Shown: positions 9,666 through 19,096, counted from the stretch's first letter. The stretch: 64,000 nt of DNA from Eubacteriales bacterium (GCA_045638685.1 JAZUBT010000037.1:34483-98482); one strand, 5' to 3'. Notes: generated by a model from the letters alone, not told the origin. Translations and numbers: made by a program.

Positions 9666-11894
9666 TTACATTCTATAAGTAATTTCCGTAATTATGTTGG
9701 TAACAAGACCAATCATATCGGAAACAAGCGAGGCGAACAGGATGAAAATAAACATTATGATCGCCATTCCGCCAATGGTACCGAGGCTCGTCGCTATATT
9801 TTTGGCTATCGAGTAGTCGTGAGTTATCATTTCTCCGAAGAATATGAGAAGTCCTACCCAAATAAACGCAAACGTCGTTAAGAGGGTTATAATTCCGGAT
9901 TCAGCGGAGGAAAGAATGTGTGTAAGAAGCGTCGAGGGAATGATAAGGAGCGGAAGCGGTGCAAGTGAATATCCTGTTGCAATAAATATGTCCTTTGCAC
10001 TTCCCTCACCGTCAAACAGTGTGGTAAGACACCAGTTCGCAACAACCCAAAGCAAAAGCGGAATACATACCGAAAGACACTGAGTTCCTATACTGGAGTA
10101 AATTCCTCTCGGGTTGTACATATACGAGCGTCCTATACTTTGATAGGTAAATACCAGAATTGCAAGTCCCGTGTAGAAGAGCGCTCCTCTGAAGGAACCT
10201 CTCTTTTCGTGCTTAAGATCCCAAAAGCCGTCGAACGGATGGAACATAAGGTGGAACGCGAAGAGCAGCTCCTGACCGAAGGTTCTCTTGCCTTTTGTAA
10301 TAGCCGTCTTAGCGTTAACTCTTGCGGCAAACTTAAAGAACCACGAGAGGCCAAACGCAACCGCTACTACTACTATCGGAATTACGATAATATATTTAGA
10401 TACCCAGTCTTTTCTGAACATCTTAAACGCCTGAGAGTATCCCGTCGTATTATATGCGTAGGAATACTGCTCCATAGCACCGTTATAATCACCGCTACGG
10501 TAGAGCGACTTCGCTATTCCGATATAAGCTGCGTCGAAGTTAATGTTACGCTGAAGTATCTCGCTGTAATCGTCAACCGCTTTTTCATATTCTCGGTTGT
10601 TGTCGTTACGGAGAGCCTTTATGAGAAGATCGCCGTAGTCTGTTCTGGTGTACATCGCTATCGTCGGGTTTTTACTGTAAATATCGAGGATAAGCAAATT
10701 GTCATCCTGATAAGCTATCGCCTTTATACTCTCAAGGTTTCCGAGCTGTTTACCCTTATCTCCGAAAGCAAAGAGAAGGTTTCCGTTTTTATCGTACGTA
10801 AATATTCTCTGGCGCTGACGGTCGATAATTGACCAGGTTTTTTCAGGTCCCATAGCAACGTCTATTATCTTGGACGGTCCCGTCGGGCTTCCGTCGAAGG
10901 AAACCTTGGCAACCTTAACCTCTCCGGACGGAGGATAGAATCCCGTACGGTTCATAACGTCCTCACCCGCGGTGTTAAGCTTTTTAACCGGAGCGTAGTT
11001 AGCCGAGGTAGAACGGGACTCAATAGCCTGCTGCTGTTTATTCTCGTTGATGTTAGACGTGGTAGCGTAAATAAATCCGCTTTCGTCAATCGCTATGTTG
11101 TTATACTCGGTAGAAACGTAGGTTGCAGACTGTGCTCTCTGCTCTGCCGTCTGGAAGGTTCTCCAGAAGATGTCAAGCAGGTTAGCAGCAACCTTCTGTG
11201 CTCCGACAAATCCCTGGAACTCACCGTTAAGGTCCATCGAGATAATTCCCATGTAAGTAGAAGAAGAAACTACATATACGTGGCTATCGTTGGATGCAAC
11301 CGCAACGGGGGTGTAAGAAGATCCTGCCGGGAAAACCTCAGCCTCGGGCGCGCCTATAATACTGTGGAAGGTAGGCGTCGTACGTCCGCCGTTTTCTCTG
11401 TTAAATACAACTATTCTCGCATTTTTAGTGTCTGCAATATAGATTTTGGTCTCGGTAACACAAAGTCCTCCGGGAGAGTTCAGTACGTCGCTTGCTCCCA
11501 TCGAGTTAGTAAATTCGGAGATTTCATACAGACAGTTAAAATACCTGTCAAGAACGACTATTCTGTCGTGCTTAATTTCAACCATTTCGGCACTTCCCGC
11601 CGTTCCGGTGTTAACGAACTCGGTACCGCCGTCGCATATGTAAATGTTGCCGTCGGGGTCAACGACAAGGTCTTTAGGCTCATAGAGCTTCTTTCCGGTA
11701 CGCTCTATAATTTTGGTTGAAGCGGAGTCGTAAACTCTCTGCGGCTCGTAAGCATTAGGCGACGAAAGCTGTGTTCCGTCTATCGAATAAGTATATGTGG
11801 TGTACGCCGATGCGTATATCGGAAGAAGAGTCATAACAAGGGTAAGCGCACATATAACAAATCCGAATAATACTTTTCTTTTTCTTATATTCAT
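9666..11894 (-). CDS. Fusion protein: signal peptide, NHL-type beta-propeller repeats, TPR-like segment and a C-terminal Yip1-type multi-pass membrane domain
   Basis: NHL-like repeats are visible (PKDLVVDPDGNIYICDGG; PGGLCVTETKIYIADTKNARIVVF). A TPR-like segment follows (YEKAVDDYSEILQRNINFDAAYIGIAKSLYRSGDYNGAMEQY). About five hydrophobic helices fill the last 250 aa. Confidence 0.85.
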   Translation of the reverse strand: MNIRKRKVLFGFVICALTLVMTLLPIYASAYTTYTYSIDGTQLSSPNAYEPQRVYDSASTKIIERTGKKLYEPKDLVVDPDGNIYICDGGTEFVNTGTAGSAEMVEIKHDRIVVLDRYFNCLYEISEFTNSMGASDVLNSPGGLCVTETKIYIADTKNARIVVFNRENGGRTTPTFHSIIGAPEAEVFPAGSSYTPVAVASNDSHVYVVSSSTYMGIISMDLNGEFQGFVGAQKVAANLLDIFWRTFQTAEQRAQSATYVSTEYNNIAIDESGFIYATTSNINENKQQQAIESRSTSANYAPVKKLNTAGEDVMNRTGFYPPSGEVKVAKVSFDGSPTGPSKIIDVAMGPEKTWSIIDRQRQRIFTYDKNGNLLFAFGDKGKQLGNLESIKAIAYQDDNLLILDIYSKNPTIAMYTRTDYGDLLIKALRNDNNREYEKAVDDYSEILQRNINFDAAYIGIAKSLYRSGDYNGAMEQYSYAYNTTGYSQAFKMFRKDWVSKYIIVIPIVVVAVAFGLSWFFKFAARVNAKTAITKGKRTFGQELLFAFHLMFHPFDGFWDLKHEKRGSFRGALFYTGLAILVFTYQSIGRSYMYNPRGIYSSIGTQCLSVCIPLLLWVVANWCLTTLFDGEGSAKDIFIATGYSLAPLPLLIIPSTLLTHILSSAESGIITLLTTFAFIWVGLLIFFGEMITHDYSIAKNIATSLGTIGGMAIIMFIFILFASLVSDMIGLVTNIITEITYRM

Positions 11895-11910
11895 TATTGC
11901 TCCCCTTTCT

Positions 11911-12780
11911 TTAATCCTTCATTCCGGATGACGCCATCGTTTCAACCATTTTACTTTGAGTTATAATGAATACCGTAATCGGTACGCTCATCATTATAAC
12001 GGCTGCCGCAGCTCCCGCGCCCTGTGTTCCGGATGCGGATATAATGCTGTTGATAGCGTTGTCGAATGTTTTTAAGTTTTCACTGTAAACGTAGCTCGAT
12101 GCACCGACGTTCCAGACCTGCTGGAAAACGGTAATCATAAGCGTAAGCCACGCGGGCTTAACCAGAGGCATAACGAGCGTAAGATATATTCTGAATTCCG
12201 AGCAACCCTCTATTCGCGCCGCCTCTATCATTGAGTCGGGAATTGATGAGTCTATAAAGTTTTTCATAAGGTACAGACCGAGGGTAGATGCCCAAATCGG
12301 AACTATGGATATCGTATATGTGTTAAGCCAGTTAAGCGAAACGAAGATAATAAAGTGCGCTATTCCCGTAACCGTAGAGGAAATCATAAGCGAATAAACT
12401 ATAAGCTGGAATATTCCGTTAGCTCCGGGGAAGCGAATCTTGGAAATCGAATACGCCGCCATAGAACCTATAATAAGACATCCGACGGTTGCACCGAGAG
12501 AAATAAATATCGTGTTGAATATGTATCTCGAAATCGGAACCCACGTTGACGTCATTGACGCGAAAAGGTCGATAAAGTTCTGGAACGTCGGTTTTATAAC
12601 GTAGAAGTTAGGCGGTGTAAGGAACATTTCTCCTATCGGCTTGAATGCCGTTATTATAAGATAATAAGTAGGAAGAAACATGAATATACCGAATATCGAA
12701 AGTATCAGGGTAATCGTTGTATCTCCGCCGACGCTTCGGTTAAGAACGACGGCGTGCTTTCTTGTTCTTAGCTTTTTCAT
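11911..12780 (-). CDS. Carbohydrate ABC transporter permease (MalG/CUT1-type), pair A
   Basis: It has six predicted TM segments and the EAA motif IEAARIEGCSEFRIYLTLVMPLVKP. Confidence 0.92.
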   Translation of the reverse strand: MKKLRTRKHAVVLNRSVGGDTTITLILSIFGIFMFLPTYYLIITAFKPIGEMFLTPPNFYVIKPTFQNFIDLFASMTSTWVPISRYIFNTIFISLGATVGCLIIGSMAAYSISKIRFPGANGIFQLIVYSLMISSTVTGIAHFIIFVSLNWLNTYTISIVPIWASTLGLYLMKNFIDSSIPDSMIEAARIEGCSEFRIYLTLVMPLVKPAWLTLMITVFQQVWNVGASSYVYSENLKTFDNAINSIISASGTQGAGAAAAVIMMSVPITVFIITQSKMVETMASSGMKD

Positions 12781-12782
12781 AC

Positions 12783-13754
12783 TCAGTTACCTACCTTCGA
12801 CAAAGCATTTTTAATAAATATGTTTGAACCAAACATAAGTACAAAGAGCACGATGGATATACAAGAAGCGTATCCAACCTCGTATCTGCTGTTCAGGTAG
12901 TCTGCCATGTGATGCTGAAGCGTCCACGCGCAGTAGTCGGTAGAGGGGTTTCCGCAGAGCGCGTCAACTATTACACCGATTCCGAATGCACCGGTTATAG
13001 CGAGAACCGCACCGAACATAAGAATTGATTTCATTGAAGGAAGGGTTATGTACCAAAGCTCCTGCCAACGGTTTTTAACACCGTCAACGGCTCCCGCCTC
13101 GTAAAGGCTTCTGTCAACTCCCTGAAGACCTGCGATAAATGAAAGGAACGCAGTTCCGAGAGACGTCCATATAGAAACCACTATACAAACGGGAACGATG
13201 TACGTTACGTTCTGTAAGAATACTATAGGCTTTGATATTAAACCGAATTTCATTAAAACTCCGTTTGCAAGTCCGTATATATCTCCCTGGAATATAAGCT
13301 TCCAGACGAGGTAAGCAGAACCGGAAATGGAGGGACCGTAGAATATAAACGTCGCAACTGCTCTTACCTTCGGAGCAAGCTCGTTAATAAACCACGCGAG
13401 AAGGAATGAAAGTATGTATGAAAGCGGTCCTGTTGTCAGCGCAAATATAAGCGTGTTCTGGAACGCTGTAAGGAAGAGGTCATCTTCCAGAAAAAGACGA
13501 ACGTAGTTATCCATGAAGCAGAATTCCGGAAATTCGAACATATTAAAGTTTGTAAAACTTAAAAAGAACGACATCAAAACCGGAACTATGGTAAAGGTCG
13601 CAAACATAAGAAGGAACGGTCCAACCATAACGTATCCGGACCACTTACGCTTCATTTCGCGTCTCGTGTATTCCCATCTGCTGATAGTTTTGTTGGAGTA
13701 CGGTACTTCTTCGGTCGCTACTTCGTCCTGTATAGCCGTAGTGTTATCAGACAT
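12783..13754 (-). CDS. Sugar ABC transporter permease (MalF/CUT1-type), pair A
   Basis: It has TM segments and the EAA motif LYEAGAVDGVKNRWQELWYITLPSMKS. The gap to the next permease is 2 nt. Confidence 0.92.
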   Translation of the reverse strand: MSDNTTAIQDEVATEEVPYSNKTISRWEYTRREMKRKWSGYVMVGPFLLMFATFTIVPVLMSFFLSFTNFNMFEFPEFCFMDNYVRLFLEDDLFLTAFQNTLIFALTTGPLSYILSFLLAWFINELAPKVRAVATFIFYGPSISGSAYLVWKLIFQGDIYGLANGVLMKFGLISKPIVFLQNVTYIVPVCIVVSIWTSLGTAFLSFIAGLQGVDRSLYEAGAVDGVKNRWQELWYITLPSMKSILMFGAVLAITGAFGIGVIVDALCGNPSTDYCAWTLQHHMADYLNSRYEVGYASCISIVLFVLMFGSNIFIKNALSKVGN

Positions 13755-13850
13755 AGTCGCTATCTCCTATCTTAATATTGTAGTATTCGCCCTCGGCGGG
13801 AGCCGCTTTAAACAGCTCCGCGCCGAAAACGGTATTTTTGTCTTTGGCTG

Positions 13851-16800
13851 TTATTCGTCCTTTGCAGGTACTACTTCACCGGAATAATAATCAATGTACT
13901 CAAGGTGATATTCCTTACGCTTACGCGAAAGCTCCTTATCTATGTCAACGACGTAGTCAAGGATCTGGTCAACCGCGTTTGCATTGGAGTTATAAACAGC
14001 AAGGAACGCAAAGTTTACGTAACGACCGATGTTGTAATCACCGGGGTTATACGGAATACCTTTAAGGTGAGGAATCTGCTCGAACATAGCCTCTCTCTCA
14101 GCGTCGGTCCATGCCTGCTCTAAGAGAGCATTGAGGTTTGCCGTATTGTATTTTACGGTAGTGTTCGAGGATACGGCAAGCTGCTGTCTTGCAAGTCTTG
14201 CCTGTGCATCGTCATCGGAATACCATTTGATGTATTCCCATACGTGCTGGGGATTATCACTTCCCTTAGGAATTACAATTCCTTCAACGTTAAGTATGGA
14301 TGAGCGGTCAACCGTTCCGTCGCCCTTATCCCAACCGATAAGAGGCTCCATAGTCCACATTCCGCGAAGCTCGTAGTAGCTCATGAAGGTATTGTACGTA
14401 GTCCAGTTGGCAACGACAATCGGAATCTCACCGGTACGGAAACGGGTAAGGTCGTAGTTAATCGGAAGCGAATAGTCGTTAAAGAGTGAACAAAGTGTAT
14501 CGAATGCTTCGAGACAGGTTACGCTGTTATTAAATCTCTTGTAATCGTCTGCATACATCTTCTCGCCCATCTGGTAAAGAAGCATCTGGTAACCTGCAAG
14601 AGAGGTCTGCATACCCATCGTCATATGGTTGTTCGTAAGCTTGGGAAGAACATCCAGAAGCTCCTGCCACGTTCTCGGAGGCTTCAGGTCGTACTGCGCG
14701 AACACGTCAACACGGTAGAACGACATTTCGTAGTTCATTGTACAAGGAATAAGATACGTTTTTCCGCTAAGCGAAACCGCTTCAAGCGCCGCATGGGAGA
14801 ATTTTACGTTAAACTTACCGGTCTCCTCATAAGTCTTGGGATCCGGTACGACGAACTCTCCGTCCTCGCCCTTCGGGCAAAGCTCACTGAATCCGGAATA
14901 TACGTCGTCTCCAACGCTCTTGCCCTCCGGTATATTTCCTTTTTCAAGGTCAGCCTCGGTGTACTTAGCGCTGAGGTCCTCAACCGCGTGGCGCAGTCCC
15001 CACGAAACCGCGGTTCCCGATGCCATCATAGCAACGTCAGGTCCTACTCCAGCAAGAATGGACTCCTGAAGTCCCTGCGCAACGTAGCGGATATTAACGG
15101 CTATGTTGGTTTTCGGAGTAAACGTGGAATCAATCATTGTACGGAGTATAAGCGCGTCCTCACGGCTGGTAGTGTTCCACATGAGTATCGTGCCCTTATA
15201 ATCCTTGGCGTCCTTATCGCTCTTGAATCCTATAACGTTGTAATCCTTAAAGAAGCTGGCTACAAAAGCCTTAGCCTCGTAACCCATAGCGTAGAAGAAT
15301 CCCGCCTTAGCCTTCGGAACCTTGGTCTCCTCACCCTGAATACGTAAGTAGTCAAGCTTCAGGGGCTGAGAAAGCGAGGTGTAAAGCCAGTTACTGAGCG
15401 CCGTTAAATAGTTTTTAAATGAAAGGAAGTTAGGAGCAATCTCATACTCGTCAAGCGCCATCTTCGAAACGAGTGTGCGTATCGTGTCAAGCGTTGCAAT
15501 ATGCTGTCCCGTCGCTCCAGTTATATCAACGAGACCGTTATAAATTTCGTCAAGCTTTATTGCCGCGTTAGCAAGGTCAGACATAACTCCGGGAAGAAGT
15601 CTCGAAAATCCGTAGTCGCGGTAGGTATCGGGATTTGTTCCGGTTACCATAAGTATCTTCTGGTAGTCGTTGTTAAGCGTACTGATAAGCGCCGCTATAT
15701 CGTAAATGTACGCCGACATATCGCCGAGAACAACCTCTATCTCTATTTCATTCCAACCGGCTTCGAAATAGAATAAGTAATCCTGCTTTTCCTCACCCTC
15801 TTTACCGTTGCCGAGAAGGATGTTCTGGAAGGAGGTGTCATAATTGAACTTAAGGTAGCTTGCCTCTTTAAACGGTATCTCTCCGTTTATTCTTATACGT
15901 CTTGACGTAAACATACCCGCCATAGTGTTCTGACGGAATCTCGCCATTATGTTATACAGACCTTCTTCCTGAACGTAAACCCTGTACTTCATATACTGTC
16001 CAACAACGTTGGAGTTGGAAATGTTATAAACAAGGTTAGAAGGATGCGAAGGAGAGTTAAGGCAGGAGGTACGGTCGGTGCCGGGGAAAAGAACCTGGTC
16101 AGATACTCTGTACGGGCTCTCTGCCTCCACCATATATACGCTCTCACCGGTATAAATCTGAAGACCGGAGCCAAGCCATCTGTCAAGAACAGTCTCGTAG
16201 CTGTTCTCTGCGTTATATCCGTAGATTTTTATCTCGGAAACAACGAGAGGCTCTCTGGTTGCCTCAAAGGTGAAATAATGCTCACCCTCGGTAAGATAGA
16301 ACTGGAAGGGCTCTACCGTATAACCGAGCCAGTCACGAAGGAAGTATGTACGCCATTCGGGAGTCTCTACACGGTCGGGACGGATATCGTTGTCTTCAAT
16401 ATCGGTATCCCATACGTAGTTACCGCCCGCTCCGCCTGAGCTTTTAAGCCACGCGGTGTACGCGGTGTTATACTCCGCATCACTTGCAAAATCAGCGCGT
16501 TTCGGTTCGCCGTCTTTATAAAGCGTAGAGCTTCCGTCCGTTCCGACGTATCCCCAGCATCTCGGTATGTAAAGATAACGGCACTCGTTAAACGGAAGCT
16601 GCTCGTCGAGATAGAACATACGCTCTATAATCGTCTTGGTACCAACCGTTTCAGCTACTCCGTCGCCGTTTTCGTCATACTCGGAAACCGGGAAGTATCT
16701 AAGGTCAATCGCATAAAGACCGCTCTGAGAAACAGTGATTTTAAAGGTCGTTTTGCCGCTCGCAGGCATATAAACTCCCTCTTTTGTCTCCTTGGTTCCT

Positions 16801-17165
16801 TCAACCGTCACAGCCGTAAACTCATCAACCTTATAATCCGACGTGGTAAGATACTCGCCGGAAACAGGGCTTTTCTCTCCCTTCGGGACGATTATATCAG
16901 CTGCATAAAACGTTTTATCCGAGCTTTTGTCCACCTGAGTTTTATCAAGCCACTTGCTTCTATAAACGTCGTAGTTCATACCGCTCGTGAGCTTCAGTAT
17001 CTCCTCAAGAGTTTTGCCGCCGTACGTTGTTTCGTCGTCAAGAGCGCTGCCGCCGGTAAGCCCCGGATTTTCATCAGCGTAAACCGCTGTGAAAGGCAAC
17101 ATTCCGACCAGTGTACAAACCAACAAAAGCACTGCAACAAGTCTGTGTTTTCGCCATTGTTTCAT
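13851..17165 (-). CDS. Giant (1104 aa) extracellular solute-binding protein with two N-terminal CBM-like beta-sandwich modules
   Basis: It has a signal peptide (LVAVLLLVCTLVGMLPFTAVYA). Two modules carry CBM6/35-like signatures (SGLYAIDLRYFPV...; VEAESPYRV...EGLYNIMARFRQN). The C-terminal roughly 500 aa resembles a family-1 sugar SBP. A GGAGG RBS is present. Confidence 0.88.
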   Translation of the reverse strand: MKQWRKHRLVAVLLLVCTLVGMLPFTAVYADENPGLTGGSALDDETTYGGKTLEEILKLTSGMNYDVYRSKWLDKTQVDKSSDKTFYAADIIVPKGEKSPVSGEYLTTSDYKVDEFTAVTVEGTKETKEGVYMPASGKTTFKITVSQSGLYAIDLRYFPVSEYDENGDGVAETVGTKTIIERMFYLDEQLPFNECRYLYIPRCWGYVGTDGSSTLYKDGEPKRADFASDAEYNTAYTAWLKSSGGAGGNYVWDTDIEDNDIRPDRVETPEWRTYFLRDWLGYTVEPFQFYLTEGEHYFTFEATREPLVVSEIKIYGYNAENSYETVLDRWLGSGLQIYTGESVYMVEAESPYRVSDQVLFPGTDRTSCLNSPSHPSNLVYNISNSNVVGQYMKYRVYVQEEGLYNIMARFRQNTMAGMFTSRRIRINGEIPFKEASYLKFNYDTSFQNILLGNGKEGEEKQDYLFYFEAGWNEIEIEVVLGDMSAYIYDIAALISTLNNDYQKILMVTGTNPDTYRDYGFSRLLPGVMSDLANAAIKLDEIYNGLVDITGATGQHIATLDTIRTLVSKMALDEYEIAPNFLSFKNYLTALSNWLYTSLSQPLKLDYLRIQGEETKVPKAKAGFFYAMGYEAKAFVASFFKDYNVIGFKSDKDAKDYKGTILMWNTTSREDALILRTMIDSTFTPKTNIAVNIRYVAQGLQESILAGVGPDVAMMASGTAVSWGLRHAVEDLSAKYTEADLEKGNIPEGKSVGDDVYSGFSELCPKGEDGEFVVPDPKTYEETGKFNVKFSHAALEAVSLSGKTYLIPCTMNYEMSFYRVDVFAQYDLKPPRTWQELLDVLPKLTNNHMTMGMQTSLAGYQMLLYQMGEKMYADDYKRFNNSVTCLEAFDTLCSLFNDYSLPINYDLTRFRTGEIPIVVANWTTYNTFMSYYELRGMWTMEPLIGWDKGDGTVDRSSILNVEGIVIPKGSDNPQHVWEYIKWYSDDDAQARLARQQLAVSSNTTVKYNTANLNALLEQAWTDAEREAMFEQIPHLKGIPYNPGDYNIGRYVNFAFLAVYNSNANAVDQILDYVVDIDKELSRKRKEYHLEYIDYYSGEVVPAKDE

Positions 17166-17350
17166 TTAGGGTTCCTCCATAAAGAATTGTTATGTACGTT
17201 CCGCGCCTTCGCGCGTAAACTAAAATGGCTATAATTCGCTCCTCTGAGCCGGTAGCCAACACCGCTTCCGATTCGACGTTCAAGCGCTCTGTCCACACTT
17301 ATCGCGTGCCCGAAAACACCTACATCGTCGCAAAAGTTTTTTACTCTAAA

Positions 17351-17379
17351 ATTATAACATAATAATATAAAAAAGTCAA
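17351..17379 (-). promoter_or_regulatory. Sigma-A type promoter for the 17165..4359 operon
   Basis: On the minus strand, TTGACT and TATAAT are separated by a 17 nt spacer. This predicts a leader of about 178 nt before the SBP start codon. Confidence 0.55.
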
Positions 17380-17727
17380 GCGCAAATTTAAAGAGGCTTT
17401 TATAGATTTATATATAAAGCGCGCCTTGGGGTTTTAAGAAAGAAATTTGCCCGCCCAAAGCCATTGATTTCATACCGCTTAGTTTTTTGACAATTTATCA
17501 ATTTTTAAAGGGTTTTTGGCAATATTTTTTGCCATTTTTAATATTTAATCAATTTTTTATCTATATTTTCGCCCAAAATTTTTAATTATTTCTTTGAGCA
17601 TTTTTAATTAAACTCCGCGCGTTTATTGTGCACACTGAACAAAAACTCTTTGTTTTTTTCTCACTATGTACAAGTTGCACAAAACATACGTTTTTAACAA
17701 TATTTTTACATTTAAACACATTTTTTC

Positions 17728-17780
17728 TACAAAAACAAGGCCCTTGCGAAAGTGCTGTTTCCACCACTCGCAAAGGCCCC
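17728..17780 (-). terminator. Rho-independent terminator downstream of the oxidoreductase gene
   Basis: On the minus strand, GGCCTTTGCGA...TCGCAAGGGCC forms a hairpin followed by TTGTTTTTGT. Confidence 0.55.
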
Positions 17781-17902
17781 ATCATTATTTAGTTATCCAT
17801 CCTCTCGGAAGCAGCGCGGTTCCAAGGCATTCGGGCTTTAAATTTCCCCGTTTTTCAAAGCGCTTCGGGGGGCAAATCATGCTGCGCCTTCACAGTGCGT
17901 GA

Positions 17903-18015
17903 GATTAAAAATATACTGTTTCTCCGCTGACCGTAAGATTAAAAATGTACTGTTTTTCCACTGACCGTAAGATTAAAAATATACCGTTTCTCCGGTGCTC
18001 GCCGATTTATAAATC
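17903..18015. repeat. 34 bp tandem array duplicating the 3' end and stop codon of CDS 17973..19019
   Basis: The copies are gattaaaaatatactgtttctccgctgaccgtaa, gattaaaaatgtactgtttttccactgaccgtaa and gattaaaaatataccgtttctccggtgctcgccg. The third copy holds the real stop codon. A diverged fourth copy lies inside the CDS. Confidence 0.85.
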
Positions 18016-19019
18016 GCCTCAATTATCTTAATCGCCTTAATCGCCTCAAGAGGCATTATCTGAGGGTCTCTGTCCTGAATAACCGCATCAACCATATCCT
18101 CTATCTGCGTTACATGGCCGTATTTAAGACCTTCCTCATAAGCGCAGGCAACCCTGTTTCCTCTGCCGTATCTGTCAAGCATATCCTGCTCGTCGCGCTC
18201 GTCCTCTCCCTCTATCTTCCAGAGCTTAAGAACGTCTGCGTCAAGCTCAACCGAGCCCCGCGTTCCGTATATCTGAATATCGGTAGAAAGTCCCGGATAG
18301 CAACAGGTGGTTGACAAAAACGTCGCTGTCGCTCCGTTTTTAAACCTTACTATTGAAGCTGTCAGATCCTCGGTATCAATGTTATGAGCGTTTACAGACA
18401 TTGTGGATTTTACGCTCTCCGGCTCACCCATAAGCCACTGCATAATATCAAGGGTATGTATAGCTTGATTAATAAGAGAGCCGCCGCCGTCCATCTCCCA
18501 CGTGCCGTGCCAACAAAGCTCGCCGTCATAGTAGCTCTGCGCTCTATACCACTTAACGGCAAAGGTTCCGAGGAACACCTTGCCGAGCCTTCCGCTGTCA
18601 ATAGCGGCTTTTAGGGGCTTCATTACCGCGTGGTTTCTGTTCTGATATATGCACCCCACCTTTTTGCCGGTAAGCCTTCTCGCCTCCTCGATTTTCATCG
18701 CCGCCTCGACCGTAATATCAATAGGCTTTTCGACAAGCACGTTTTTTCCGGCGTTAAGCGCTTTTACCGCATACTCGGCGTGTATTCCGCTCGGCAAACA
18801 TATACTGATTATATCTATTTCGGGGTTTTTCAGCATTTCGTCAAAATCGGTATAACCGATAACGTCGGGGTTTTTATCGGTAACGCTCTTAATTTTATCC
18901 GGAACAATGTCGCAAACCGCCACAAGTCTGCATTTTTCATACCGAAGCGCAGCCTCTGCGTGTGTCTTTCCCACTCCAAGGCCCGCAACCGCATAGCCTA
19001 TCTTATTATCTTTAGTCAT
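17973..19019 (-). CDS. Gfo/Idh/MocA family NAD(P)-dependent oxidoreductase
   Basis: The N-terminus has a Rossmann motif (IGYAVAGLGVGKTHA), followed by EKP (LVEKPI). Length and layout are typical of the family. Confidence 0.9.
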   Translation of the reverse strand: MTKDNKIGYAVAGLGVGKTHAEAALRYEKCRLVAVCDIVPDKIKSVTDKNPDVIGYTDFDEMLKNPEIDIISICLPSGIHAEYAVKALNAGKNVLVEKPIDITVEAAMKIEEARRLTGKKVGCIYQNRNHAVMKPLKAAIDSGRLGKVFLGTFAVKWYRAQSYYDGELCWHGTWEMDGGGSLINQAIHTLDIMQWLMGEPESVKSTMSVNAHNIDTEDLTASIVRFKNGATATFLSTTCCYPGLSTDIQIYGTRGSVELDADVLKLWKIEGEDERDEQDMLDRYGRGNRVACAYEEGLKYGHVTQIEDMVDAVIQDRDPQIMPLEAIKAIKIIEAIYKSASTGETVYF

Positions 19020-19096
19020 TTTTCATTTTCCCTTTCCACAGTCATAAAATCCACGTAGCGTTCTTTTAAAACGTCGTAAATGCAGTCAGTGGCTTT

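Noticed and set aside
17582-17902. Two short ORFs (67 aa on the minus strand, 78 aa on the plus strand) in the AT-rich spacer
   Set aside because: They have no RBS and a Cys/Lys/Phe-biased composition typical of random AT-rich sequence. They overlap the terminator hairpin and the promoter-distal curved region.
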